A DNA stretch of 63,267 nt, the filler included, from Collodictyon triciliatum (taxonomy: Eukaryota): assembly GCA_043381765.1 (NCBI GenBank). It is 5 parts of 5 records of this genome, joined end to end, with 100 filler letters (N's around TTAATTAATTAA, not from the genome) between each part and the next. Parts side by side here need not be neighbours in the genome. Positions count along the whole stretch, not along the records: positions 28,155 to 43,125 come from JBHJMP010000127.1; 4 more parts are not named here. The stretch is one strand, 5' to 3'. Below the pieces are notes generated by a model. That model saw only the letters and a list, made by a program, of their open reading frames with translations, ran no database searches and was not told the origin of the DNA. Positions 28,389 through 38,388 of this stretch are shown piece after piece (the first letter of the stretch is position 1; the number at the start of each line of letters is the position of its first letter). Position numbers and translations under genes: made by a program.

Positions 28389-31300
28389 ATGTACAGGTCT
28401 CCGCAACATCTGCATGGCAACCCTGCCGCTGTAGCCCAAAACTCGCCCCATATTGCAGACTTTCACATCATATCGTCATATATTGCCTTTAAGCCAAGGA
28501 CCCATGTTATTAACAATATCGGAAGAGGTGGGCAAGGTAGTGTATTTCTGGTGAGCCAACACGACTCTATATATGCTGTCAAAGCCATCCGCAAACAAGA
28601 CAGCACTGTGGAAAGAATCTATAGGGAATACCACATCCTTGCGAATGTAAAACATCCTAATATCGTGTGTCTTTACAGTGCCGTTGATACGTTACACTAT
28701 GTTTTCCTAGAATTAGAGTATGTTGATCGCGGTTCCTTTGGCAGTTATATCAGAGAAGTAGGTAGTATCACGCTGCATGATGCACAATTTTTCGTACGAC
28801 AGATTGCCGATGCATTGGCGTTTCTTCATGGCCACCAGCCCCCAATTTTCCATCGGGATATAAAACCGGATAACATTTTGCTGACAAAAACATTTGTTAC
28901 CAAACTTGCCGACTTCGGCGCTGCAAAGAATTTCGATGGGGCTGCTTCAAGCCAATTGTTTGGGACTACCTTGTTCGTGCCGCCCGATGTTCTGGAGGGC
29001 TTTGGAGACAGACCACCTAACAGCGATCTAAAGTGGGATGTCTACTCTCTTGGATTGACCGTTTTATACGCACTTACTGGGGTTCTCCCTTGGATTGAAA
29101 AACAATTTAATTGTGTAACAGAGAAAATAAATGGGCAACTGCCTAATTTGTATCACAATCTCGATAAGATACCTGCATCATTTATCTTTCGACTATGTCA
29201 CCCAGTACCCGAGTATCGCCCGACATCCTCAACCCTCTTAGAGTGGATAAGAGATGATAGAATAACCCTAGGCAATCTTCCTGAATGTCCACCTTATCCA
29301 AAGTCCGGTCTCGTCGATCCGTTGAAGCCTTCCCCTCCACCACCACCACCACCACCACTCGTGAAACTTCCCGCGGCATACTTTGTATCTGTTGAAGGAG
29401 GAAGTACGCGCGACAGGAATGAATTCATCAACAGACACGAACATTTAAGAAAGACTTTGAAGCAACAGCGTTACTTTGAGGATCAACTTCGTATTATTTT
29501 CCCTTGTGACAAGGATACATTCGCCCAGCACACAGGATCTCTTCCCAAATCATCCTTATCTGTTTTTACTGTCTCCTATAACGTTACATCGTTTGACAAA
29601 GTGTACCTCAGAGATTCCATGCGCGAAAGAGGTATGGTTATTTATGAACTTGGGATACCTTTTAATATTACCGAGACCAGAGAACATGGTATTACAGAGA
29701 TTAGTCTGTCGATTAGAAGCCCTGATACGTTTGCAAAAGATATGCAATTACTTCAAGAGCGTTATATACTATATCATGCATATCCAATCAGATTTGTGAT
29801 ATACTCCAAGAAAATCTCTCAGCTTGACATAGAAAGATTACTGTTCTTATCTGCTGAAAATGCTGCCGGCCCGTCGAACGGTTCTCGAAACAAAAGTAAA
29901 ACCCAGTCGCCATTACCTGGGTTCGTTTCATTCGGACCCTATATTTTTTTCATATATACTGAGTCGCTGAGTTATTGGCCTTTGCTTCAAAAGTCTATTA
30001 GCAAATATCTGAATCTTATCAAAGATAGCAATGTCATATATGTGTTCTCTTTGTCTCCACAAAAGCTCCAGGAGTTAATTAAAAACACAAAATCGGATTT
30101 CGAAGTCAGCGACGTAGTGATGGACTCGAATCATGGCTGCTACATTATGTTTAATGTAAGAGAAAGTATTAGTCCTGAGATTGACAGTAGTAATTTGTTG
30201 CAAGGTATTGGCTTTTTTTCATATCACGAGCCCGCAATATATACGGTATACAACCTTCGAATGAATGATATTAAAACGTGTTACACCAAAAAGGCCCACC
30301 TGGTTGTAAGCTCGCGTTTATTCGATTTATATTTGGTACCCACACGAAATTGCGTCTTTCTAGTGAGCGCAAAAAAGTTGGCGATTGATACGCTAACTGA
30401 GGAGCTACAAAGATATTTTGAAAACAGCGATGTAAAGATCGAAGAAACTGGTTCCCTTGAGTTTACCCATGTATGTGACTTCGGGCAAATTCATGAATCA
30501 GATGAGGCCAGAACCATAGCTGCGGTCAACAATTCATATATGTGCCAGTGGATTAAGAGTGATTTCATAGATGTCTACGATCGCATTAACACAGATTTTT
30601 CAAATGTAAGTAACAGACACAAGGTTCATCTTTTAAGAAAAATGGTTCTCCTAAACACCCAAGGAATGCTTTGGAGGGGTAAATACTACGATAAAGCCCA
30701 TGACGAAGAAAAAAGCATACCAACCAATATTTCTCCCATTGTATGCGAACTGTATGAAAAAATAGAAAAATCCAAAAGTGATTTGGAACAACTCAGCTTG
30801 GAGCCATGTGAATCGGCGTACATACACAAAGATTTGTGGCATGAGTCATCTGTCATGATATGTGTCTGGAAGAGTCACAAAGGCGAAAAAAATATCCTAG
30901 ACTCAACCGGTCCAGATACTGATATTTTTGCTCGAACCAACATTCTGTCTGCACAAGATACTATACGCAAACTATTCGAGAGAGATCGTAAGGAAAATAG
31001 CGTACCGTTTCCAAATTACTACGCTCCAAAAGTATCCCTTCTGCGTTCTGATGAAATGTCCGGATTCGAGCTGTTACCAACTTTTAAGGAATTCGACATG
31101 ATATTGTCTTTTATTGATACTAGTTTGTCGAATCAATCAGTGAAAGATATCGAAAAAAATATGGAGGAGAAGATTATTTCGCTCCTTCAAGTGATCTCGC
31201 AGTTGAATAAGAGACACGTTTTCCTTTATTTACCTTCCGTCTATTCGATGGGTGACGCATTTCCTAAATTTTTGATCCTCTTTATGAATGCTTTTCATGA

Positions 31301-31829
31301 ATATTGCACCCCTGCTAGAAAGGTTACGCTTTTGTACACTACAAAGGACAGATTTAAGGAGCTTGATAATAGGATTGATGAATTAGCTATTGACAACCAT
31401 TTCGTCAAGAAATGTGGTGATCGGGATTTGAGACCGGAGATATCTTACTGCCATACTTCTATCTGCAGAAACAATCAACCACAACACTTGTCCGATTATG
31501 TGCACCCAAATGAATGCAAAATCTCATCATGTGATGGCAAAAAAATCAACTTGCATGGAGCTTTTATCGATCACAGTCGATGTACCAAGGATTCCCAAGC
31601 ACCTGATAGACAGTCAAGATCACTTCAGCATATGGTTCATTCTCTTGATTCTTTGTCCACCATCAAAACTAGTGGGACATCGCTCAATTCTTGTGGTTCT
31701 TCCGCAGAACACCGACCCAACAGTTCGAATCTGGGTTCGAATGCAACATCTGACTTCAATCGGATGTTCAATCCCAGTGCTAGCTTCGGAATGACACATA
31801 GCAAAACAGGTAAAAATGTTATCAAGTAA
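28389..31829 (+). CDS. Intronless 1146-aa Ser/Thr protein kinase fused to a degenerate microbial-type PARG (TIGR02452/DUF2263)-like domain and two PBZ-like zinc fingers
   Basis: Kinase motifs GRGGQGSVF, AVK, alphaC Glu (REYHIL), HRDIKPDN, DFG, GTTLFVPPD, DVYSLG; poly-Pro linker; region about 30610-31410 resembles TIGR02452 by eye; two C-x4-C-x6/7-H-x5-H fingers at about 31449-31574. The kinase call is firm, the C-terminal domain calls are moderate. Confidence 0.85.
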   Translation: MYRSPQHLHGNPAAVAQNSPHIADFHIISSYIAFKPRTHVINNIGRGGQGSVFLVSQHDSIYAVKAIRKQDSTVERIYREYHILANVKHPNIVCLYSAVDTLHYVFLELEYVDRGSFGSYIREVGSITLHDAQFFVRQIADALAFLHGHQPPIFHRDIKPDNILLTKTFVTKLADFGAAKNFDGAASSQLFGTTLFVPPDVLEGFGDRPPNSDLKWDVYSLGLTVLYALTGVLPWIEKQFNCVTEKINGQLPNLYHNLDKIPASFIFRLCHPVPEYRPTSSTLLEWIRDDRITLGNLPECPPYPKSGLVDPLKPSPPPPPPPPLVKLPAAYFVSVEGGSTRDRNEFINRHEHLRKTLKQQRYFEDQLRIIFPCDKDTFAQHTGSLPKSSLSVFTVSYNVTSFDKVYLRDSMRERGMVIYELGIPFNITETREHGITEISLSIRSPDTFAKDMQLLQERYILYHAYPIRFVIYSKKISQLDIERLLFLSAENAAGPSNGSRNKSKTQSPLPGFVSFGPYIFFIYTESLSYWPLLQKSISKYLNLIKDSNVIYVFSLSPQKLQELIKNTKSDFEVSDVVMDSNHGCYIMFNVRESISPEIDSSNLLQGIGFFSYHEPAIYTVYNLRMNDIKTCYTKKAHLVVSSRLFDLYLVPTRNCVFLVSAKKLAIDTLTEELQRYFENSDVKIEETGSLEFTHVCDFGQIHESDEARTIAAVNNSYMCQWIKSDFIDVYDRINTDFSNVSNRHKVHLLRKMVLLNTQGMLWRGKYYDKAHDEEKSIPTNISPIVCELYEKIEKSKSDLEQLSLEPCESAYIHKDLWHESSVMICVWKSHKGEKNILDSTGPDTDIFARTNILSAQDTIRKLFERDRKENSVPFPNYYAPKVSLLRSDEMSGFELLPTFKEFDMILSFIDTSLSNQSVKDIEKNMEEKIISLLQVISQLNKRHVFLYLPSVYSMGDAFPKFLILFMNAFHEYCTPARKVTLLYTTKDRFKELDNRIDELAIDNHFVKKCGDRDLRPEISYCHTSICRNNQPQHLSDYVHPNECKISSCDGKKINLHGAFIDHSRCTKDSQAPDRQSRSLQHMVHSLDSLSTIKTSGTSLNSCGSSAEHRPNSSNLGSNATSDFNRMFNPSASFGMTHSKTGKNVIK

Positions 31830-32147
31830 CTGATTAAAAGTGACAGAAAAAAGTAGAGAATCAATTTTGCGTTGATAATATGAGTGAAGTGACATGTGAT
31901 ACCTATTAGTATTTTTTAATTGTGTNNNNNNNNNNNNNNNNNNNNNNNNNNNNNNNNNNNNNNNNNNNNNNNNNNNNNNNNNNNNNNNNNNNNNNNNNNN
32001 NNNNNNNNTTGTTTGTTTTTTGTTTGTTCGGTTACGTGTTTCTTTTTCCGTTAATTCGATATTTGTTCGTATATAATTTAGTGATTTACATCAGGTCATC
32101 AAATAGCATATTCGTTACATAATATATTAAAGAAAAACTAAGATCAG

Positions 32148-32629
32148 AATGCTTTGAAGTTGAAAAATTATTAATTACCACATTTATGAAGTACACTCAC
32201 TTCTCCGTGATTCCTCCCTTGGGCTCCGTTGGTGGCGAATCACTTAACTACAAGGCAGAGTGCGAGATTCTGCAAATTCTTAGCATAATATCTATTGTGA
32301 GCGATATCTTCCTCATTTTAGTGTATTTTTATTTCCATATTACTTGTCTCACTTATCGATTTATGAGAAGTATGTATATTATCAGACACAAGTCGAGTGA
32401 CGGCTTTTTTAATGTTAAATATGTCTTTCCTTTCATGAAATTATTAGGCATCTTTCTTCAGCGGCAAATACAACAATCACTCGCTTCTTGAAAGTATGGC
32501 TTTGAGAAAAAAAATTTCATAATCTGATTCCTTATATTCCTAGAAAAAATCGCAATTTTCGATTCAGATTAATTTTTTGAAATATGTTTCAACCACTTAC
32601 TTTTTCTCTACAACACTAATTTTAATATT

Positions 32630-32695
<66 letters not shown>

Positions 32696-33117
32696 TAGTC
32701 GCTTTTACGGTGATAAGACTGGCCTCTCAGCTTTGTGTGCAAGTTAGCATATGTCAAGGTCTCTTTTACGCTGCGGTTGTTTTTGAGAATCTGGGACTTG
32801 AGTATTGGGGATCTATCTACCAACAAGAAGCGATGGCGTAAGGGAGAAAACTTTAATATGAGATATTAAACTTAAGATATAGATATATAGTCGATTAAAA
32901 AATCGGGTAACATAATAATACTCTACACGAAGAAACAACAAACTCAATTCTTTCCCTTTTAGGAGATTGGAAATGTTAGACGACAAGAACGCCATTTTTT
33001 TCAGACCCAGGGCTAAGTTTATCATAAGTATGATGAAAGGAAATTTTGAAGAGGCCTACAAAGCGTTTGGTTTTGACCCTTTGAGACCAAACGATTATGG
33101 AGAAAAGTAATTAATCC

Positions 33118-33183
<66 letters not shown>

Positions 33184-34800
33184 GTCTATTCATGCACTTA
33201 ATCGAACATTGTAAGACTCCATGATGAATATTTTATAGAATACATAACAAAATGCACCTTTACAATTTTCAGGATTTTAGTTTCAACCGAGACAGCACTC
33301 TCTTCCATCACATCGACTTTGTACTACTCATCAAACTTTTCGTTGGCGCACAAAGTAGCACAGGAACTCGAGGGTATGTCGTTGTGCGAGTTTTCATTTA
33401 TCTTGTCCATATATTCGTAGTGGCTTACGCTATCTCTCTCCTCTTCTTTGTCAGAACCCTCATCACGAGTAAATATTAAGGATATCTATATAGACGATGA
33501 AAAAATACACACAATAATCCCCTTTATTTGCCAGGTTTGGCTAGAAAGAAGGAAATTGGATTATTGGAAATAGCTGCCATAGGAATAGAAGTTTTATCCT
33601 CGTACAAACTTGGAAAGTTTCAGGATTGCCGCGAAATACTGTCGCGAATAGGTGTGTATCCAATTCGGCTTCCTCGATAGTAGTGTGTTCCATTTCATAT
33701 TCACCCTTGATTATTCATCCGAATTTATGATTTTTTTTTCCATTCTGCTATTTCTTTTCAAGATTATCGCAATGCTACATCTGACCCTGCACTACAAATA
33801 TCCTTTCTTTCCACTGCCGCTGCGCTATTCTTTCGCGAGGGAAACCTGAGCAAATGCCTCGAGCTGCTGCAAAGTGCATTTTCGTTTATGAAGCAGCAAC
33901 AGGTAACTGCACAATCTCTTTAGTAATGATGTGTTTGCACAATGCGTATAAAATGAGCCTTTGAAAGAAATGCGGAGGATAATTGTAAGGGTGTACATAA
34001 CCGTATCATTCCGTGTAACCGAGTAATACAACATAATTTAATAAATCGTAGTTAGGAATCAACACGTCGTACATCCGAGCCTTCGGAACGTATTTGGGCA
34101 CCATCTTGGAAGCATGGCAATTTTGTGTATCGCATAAGCTCGATACTATGGCAAAGAGCCGCAGATTCAACCCTGTCCAGTGCCAAGCGGGTCGCCTCTC
34201 GTACTTGTACGAAGGATTAAACGGTGCGTGAATACTCCTCAAAACAAAACAAAACAAAACAAAACAAAACAAAACAAAACAAAACAAAACAAAACAAAAC
34301 AAAACAAAGAAGCAACACCAACCAAGCTCATGACTTTGCGCTTTCCTCTGTCAACACTACAATCGCTTGATGCGCATAATAACATCTAACGTCTGCTAGT
34401 TGTTGTGGACGAAGAGACCATCGGTCAACACACTCAGGAGCTGGAAAAGCTTTACCAAGATGGAATCGAGCGCTCGGGCAAGCTGAACCAGAGTTTTCGT
34501 CCGAATCGACCGCAATACCACATTCTCTGTGGGAGGGCGATGCAGCTGCAAAGCAGCCCCGGCTTCTTCACTCGACGCGCGGTGTTCAAGACCTTGGAAA
34601 GAGGACTGACGGAAGCGCAGGCTTTGAGAATGCGGTTTGAGGAGGCGGAGGCTTTCAAGTACATGGGCTTAATCGCTTCGTCCAGCCCGCTACAGGCTCG
34701 GACATACCTAGTCTCTGCACGCAACATATACGAGGAATTATCGTGTGAATGCGAGTCTCGTGTGATGGCCAAAGCGCTGGAGTGCATACAGTCCGAGTGA
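32148..34800 (+). CDS. C-terminal nine exons of a TPR-like alpha-solenoid protein resembling the tails of soluble adenylate cyclase/STAND-TPR proteins; 5' end unresolved
   Basis: Exons at about 32148-32296, 32449-32493, 32699-32837, 32963-33107, 33273-33373, 33535-33651, 33763-33902, 34051-34123 and 34400-34800 splice in frame with GT-AG ends. The product is helical and ends ...GRAMQL...LERGLTEAQALRMRFEEAEAFKYMGL...ARTYLVSARNIYEELS...*. Family assignment is by eye. Confidence 0.7.
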
Positions 34801-35107
34801 CTGAGATTGTAGAGGAAACCTGTTGATATCAAGTTGAAATTTCATAAATCCCTATAGACAAAATAATTATAAGTTATCGGCTGTGGAGAATATGTCTTTT
34901 TTTCCCTTCTTTTTGCTCCTCTTTTCCTCCTTGATTTCATTTGACACATATGCGGAATTGGCACCGATGCATCACTGAACCAGATTTGATTTATAACAAC
35001 GGAAGTCCGTAAAAAGTTAGGGTGTGAATAGTCATTGGTAACTGATATGTATTAGAAGCCTCTTTCTTTTTATTCATTTGTCTTAGGTAAATTTGAATTT
35101 TTTGATT

Positions 35108-36708
35108 CTAACAAGTAGTCCAGAAAGAATCTTCTGGTTGGTTGGGGACCTGTGGCAGTTCTTCGTTGGAGGTGTTGCTTTCTAGTCTGGATAATCCATT
35201 GGCAATTATGTTTTTGTCTATTCTCTCATTTTTCCTTTCTTTTTCGTTGTTGGATGCTCTGAATACAATATCCATAGTTTCTCTCATTACCATATTCTGG
35301 ATACATGCGTGTACTTTATCACTTCTGCCCAGAACGCTCCTGATGTCCGCGGTTTTCTTAGTGACATTACCGCCTCAAGAGATGATGTATTGTAGCACCA
35401 CTGTTTTCGTGTGATATTTCTTGGCTAGGTCTCTCCTTAGTGTCTCATGTTTACCCACTTTCTCTTGTTCTCCTTTGGCTTGGTATCCTGGCGTCACAGC
35501 CGCTACATCAATTATGTGTATGGTTTTGCGAATTTTATCCTGTATTACTAATTCAGGCTTATAGACGTTTTCTAGACTTCGGAGCCAAAATCGCAGTCAG
35601 AGGGTATTGTAGCGTATTGGTTTGCTATGATTTTTTCTATAATGCGTCTTTTGGGGCATTGGTCTTTCGAGAAGTTGTATTTGAGGCTTAGGTGTTTCTG
35701 GATGCGTCAGACTGCTTCGTTATGAAGTCTGGTGAAGTGTGGTAGGTTAAGAGTGCACCCAATTGCTACGTGGGGAAGGTTCTTAGTGTCTTGCAAGTGT
35801 TGCATTTTGAGATGTTATTAGAGAATACGTTGTCATCCTGTAGGGCGGAACACACAGCTTCTTCTACCGGGGAGCTAAATCCTTTCGTCGGTCATTTGTT
35901 GGAGTCTTTCTTTTGGATTTTCTCTTACTATAGACTTTTTTACAATAGAAAGTGGACTGTTTTCTTATTGTTGCCTTCTTTTAGGTGCTGAACTTGAGCA
36001 TTTTGTAGCTCTGTATTACTAAAATTGACGAGGTCAATCCTCGGGTATTGGGCTGCTAGTATTTCCTCACTGTGAGTGGTCGGGGATATCTCTTTTTTCT
36101 CTATCATGAGGATAGCTGTTTTCTGTGGTTCGAGATGTCACTTAGACACCGTTATAAGTTCATTAGTAGTCTTTCTGCTTTGTACTCAATGCTACCAAAC
36201 TCTCTTCCAATTTCATATATGGGTAGTTAGAGTCTTTCTATGCTTGCAGCTTTTAAGTGGACTTTCTCGCTTCTAAGGAAATTTCTAACTTTTAAGTCCA
36301 TCTCTCTGAATTAGGACATGATATAGTCGACGAGGCCGATATGGTAGTTTAATATTGATAGGCAAACTAATTGATTGCCTAGAAAAGGTGTTTGGCATTT
36401 AGGTTTATTGCACATGGTTTTCTGGTTCTTAGTCCATATCTTCTTGTGTCCCTGTCTTTGTCGTTTTTTCCTACTTGGTTTCCTTGGTCTTCGTAGACTC
36501 CTTGGTTTTTGTATGTCCCGTCTTGTCCTATTTCTCGGGCGTGGGGCGAGTCGGTCTGATATTTGATTGCTGATTTCTCTTCATTTATTATAAGCCCTAC
36601 TTTGTTTAGCTCGCTGACTGTTATGTCTAGCCACGCCTCTAGTTGCTCTTTGGGGGTTGCATATAGCTCCCTGTCTTTCACAAATAACAGGTGAAGTTTA
36701 GTTTTCAT
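35108..36708 (-). mobile_element. Decayed, 5'-truncated non-LTR retrotransposon with restriction-like endonuclease (R4/NeSL-type)
   Basis: Minus-strand translation across stops and frameshifts: RT remnant HLLFVKDRELYA...LNKVGLIINEEKS, thumb LNAKHLF*AIN...VHLKAASIERL*LPIYEIGREF, CCHC region ALQDDNVF...CNTCK/HVAIGC...RLHNEAV, endonuclease KPELVIQDKIRKTIHIIDV...EQEKVGKHETL...YIIS*GGNVT...CIQNMVMRET. Confidence 0.88.
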
Positions 36709-37912
36709 TCACCAAGCTGTAAACAAGCCGTGGTGATCTACCATTACCACCGCCCATTTCTTCTTGATAGACGAGGATCACTCGGAGCCCACCAGATTAC
36801 TCTACTTTTTTGTTCATATTTATTCAATAATTTCCAATTACTAATTATCATTTAATTATTTGATATTTAGATGATTAGGTAATTAAGAATGGAACAAAAG
36901 TATTTATTGTATACAATGAAGCGTTTAAAACAGTATAAAAATGTAATTTTTATATTCTTAGAAAAGATTGAGTCAATGCCATTGAAGTCTTTTCATGCTA
37001 ATGAATAGTTAAAAGAATTGAATATCGAATGGCATATTTAATTATTTTGTTCGATTTCACATACAAAGAATATAAGATAATGGTCGCTTCGTCTCGTTCG
37101 ATTGTCATGAGCGACAACCGAGTTTATTCCCCAAATTCGAGCAGATAAATACGAAAAAGTGTCCGTTAAATAAGGGGCAAAATGAAGCAAAAAAATATCG
37201 AGGAAGAGAAAAAACGCTCTTGCTAAATTCCAGAGGCAAAATGGGTCGCCTGAAGAAAAGGGAGGCCAGACTAGCAAAGACGCGCGTTTACGATAGACAA
37301 AGAAAAAAAAAAGGGAGATACTCCAGCAAAGAGAAGAATGGCTTCAAGTTCAAGCCGTCCGCTCACAGGCAGCAAGAGAATTATGAGTATTGCCCAGTAT
37401 TAATTGTTTTCTTCATTTTTCCTTTTCTATAATTTCTTTCCTTATTTTTTTCCCATACTGATGAGAAGCCCGGGTACCGCAGCTAATATTAAATAGTGCA
37501 TCTCATCAGAACAAACAACCCAGCACGCGGGAAGAACGAGTTTGCGCAACGCAGGTGGAACCGCCGGCATATTGAAAGTTTATCATTTCCGCATATAGAA
37601 AATTCTGGATGAAGTCCAAAAATGTCTGATTTTGATTTGTTTTGTGTTTATTTGGCTGAATCCGGCTATGGTTTCATCTGTCATTCTGGAGTTGGAATGG
37701 GTTGTGTCGGGTTTGTTGATCGGCTGCCACCTGCAATGAGCGATAGCGCAAGGCATTAGTTGGAGAGGCCCGCCTTGTGATGACAACTCTGTCGCTGTCA
37801 TTCTACCTTTAAGTGCATTTTCTCCTCTCTTTACGGGGTTCGCCTTCCTTTGGCTGTTCTTGTTCTCCCTTACCCTTCTTGCCTTTGAAGCTCGTTTTTT
37901 TTCTTCTTGCAT

Positions 37913-38300
37913 TTTTAGTCTTTTTTATTGTCTTTTTTTGTCTTTTTTATTGTCTTTTTTATTGTCTTTTTTATTGTCTTTTTTATTGTCTTTTTTATTG
38001 TCTTTTTTATTGTCTTTTTTATTGTCTTTTTTATTGTCTTTTTTATTGTCTTTTTTATTGNNNNNNNNNNNNNNNNNNNNNNNNNNNNNNNNNNNNNNNN
38101 NNNNNNNNNNNNNNNNNNNNNNNNNNNNNNNNNNNNNNNNNNNNNNNNNNNNNNNNNNNNTGTTTTTTGTTTGTTTTTTGTTTGTTTTTTGTTTGTTTTT
38201 TGTTTGTTTTTTGTTTGTTTTTTGTTTGTTTTTTGTTTGTTTTTTGTTTGTTTTTGTTTTGTTTTGTTTGTTTGTTTTTTGTTTGTTTGTATTTTTTTTT
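37913..38300. repeat. (TTGTCTTTTTTA)n 12-mer and TTTG-rich repeats around a gap
   Basis: Tandem units upstream of the first visible PBZ exon. Confidence 0.9.
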
Positions 38301-38388
38301 ATCCGGTGCCAGGAGCATATGTCACATTTTTTTTAAAAAAAAAACTATATATGTATAAACCCTCTTATTCATCACATAAAAATATCAG

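Noticed and set aside
35108-36708. In-frame TGA/TAA/TAG as evidence of an alternative genetic code
   Set aside because: Confined to the retroelement, which also has frameshifts; host genes translate cleanly with the standard code.
37220-37600. Candidate first exons of the PBZ/ART-like gene
   Set aside because: Exon-like composition, but I could not find a donor/acceptor chain giving the phase 1 required at 38389; left unannotated.
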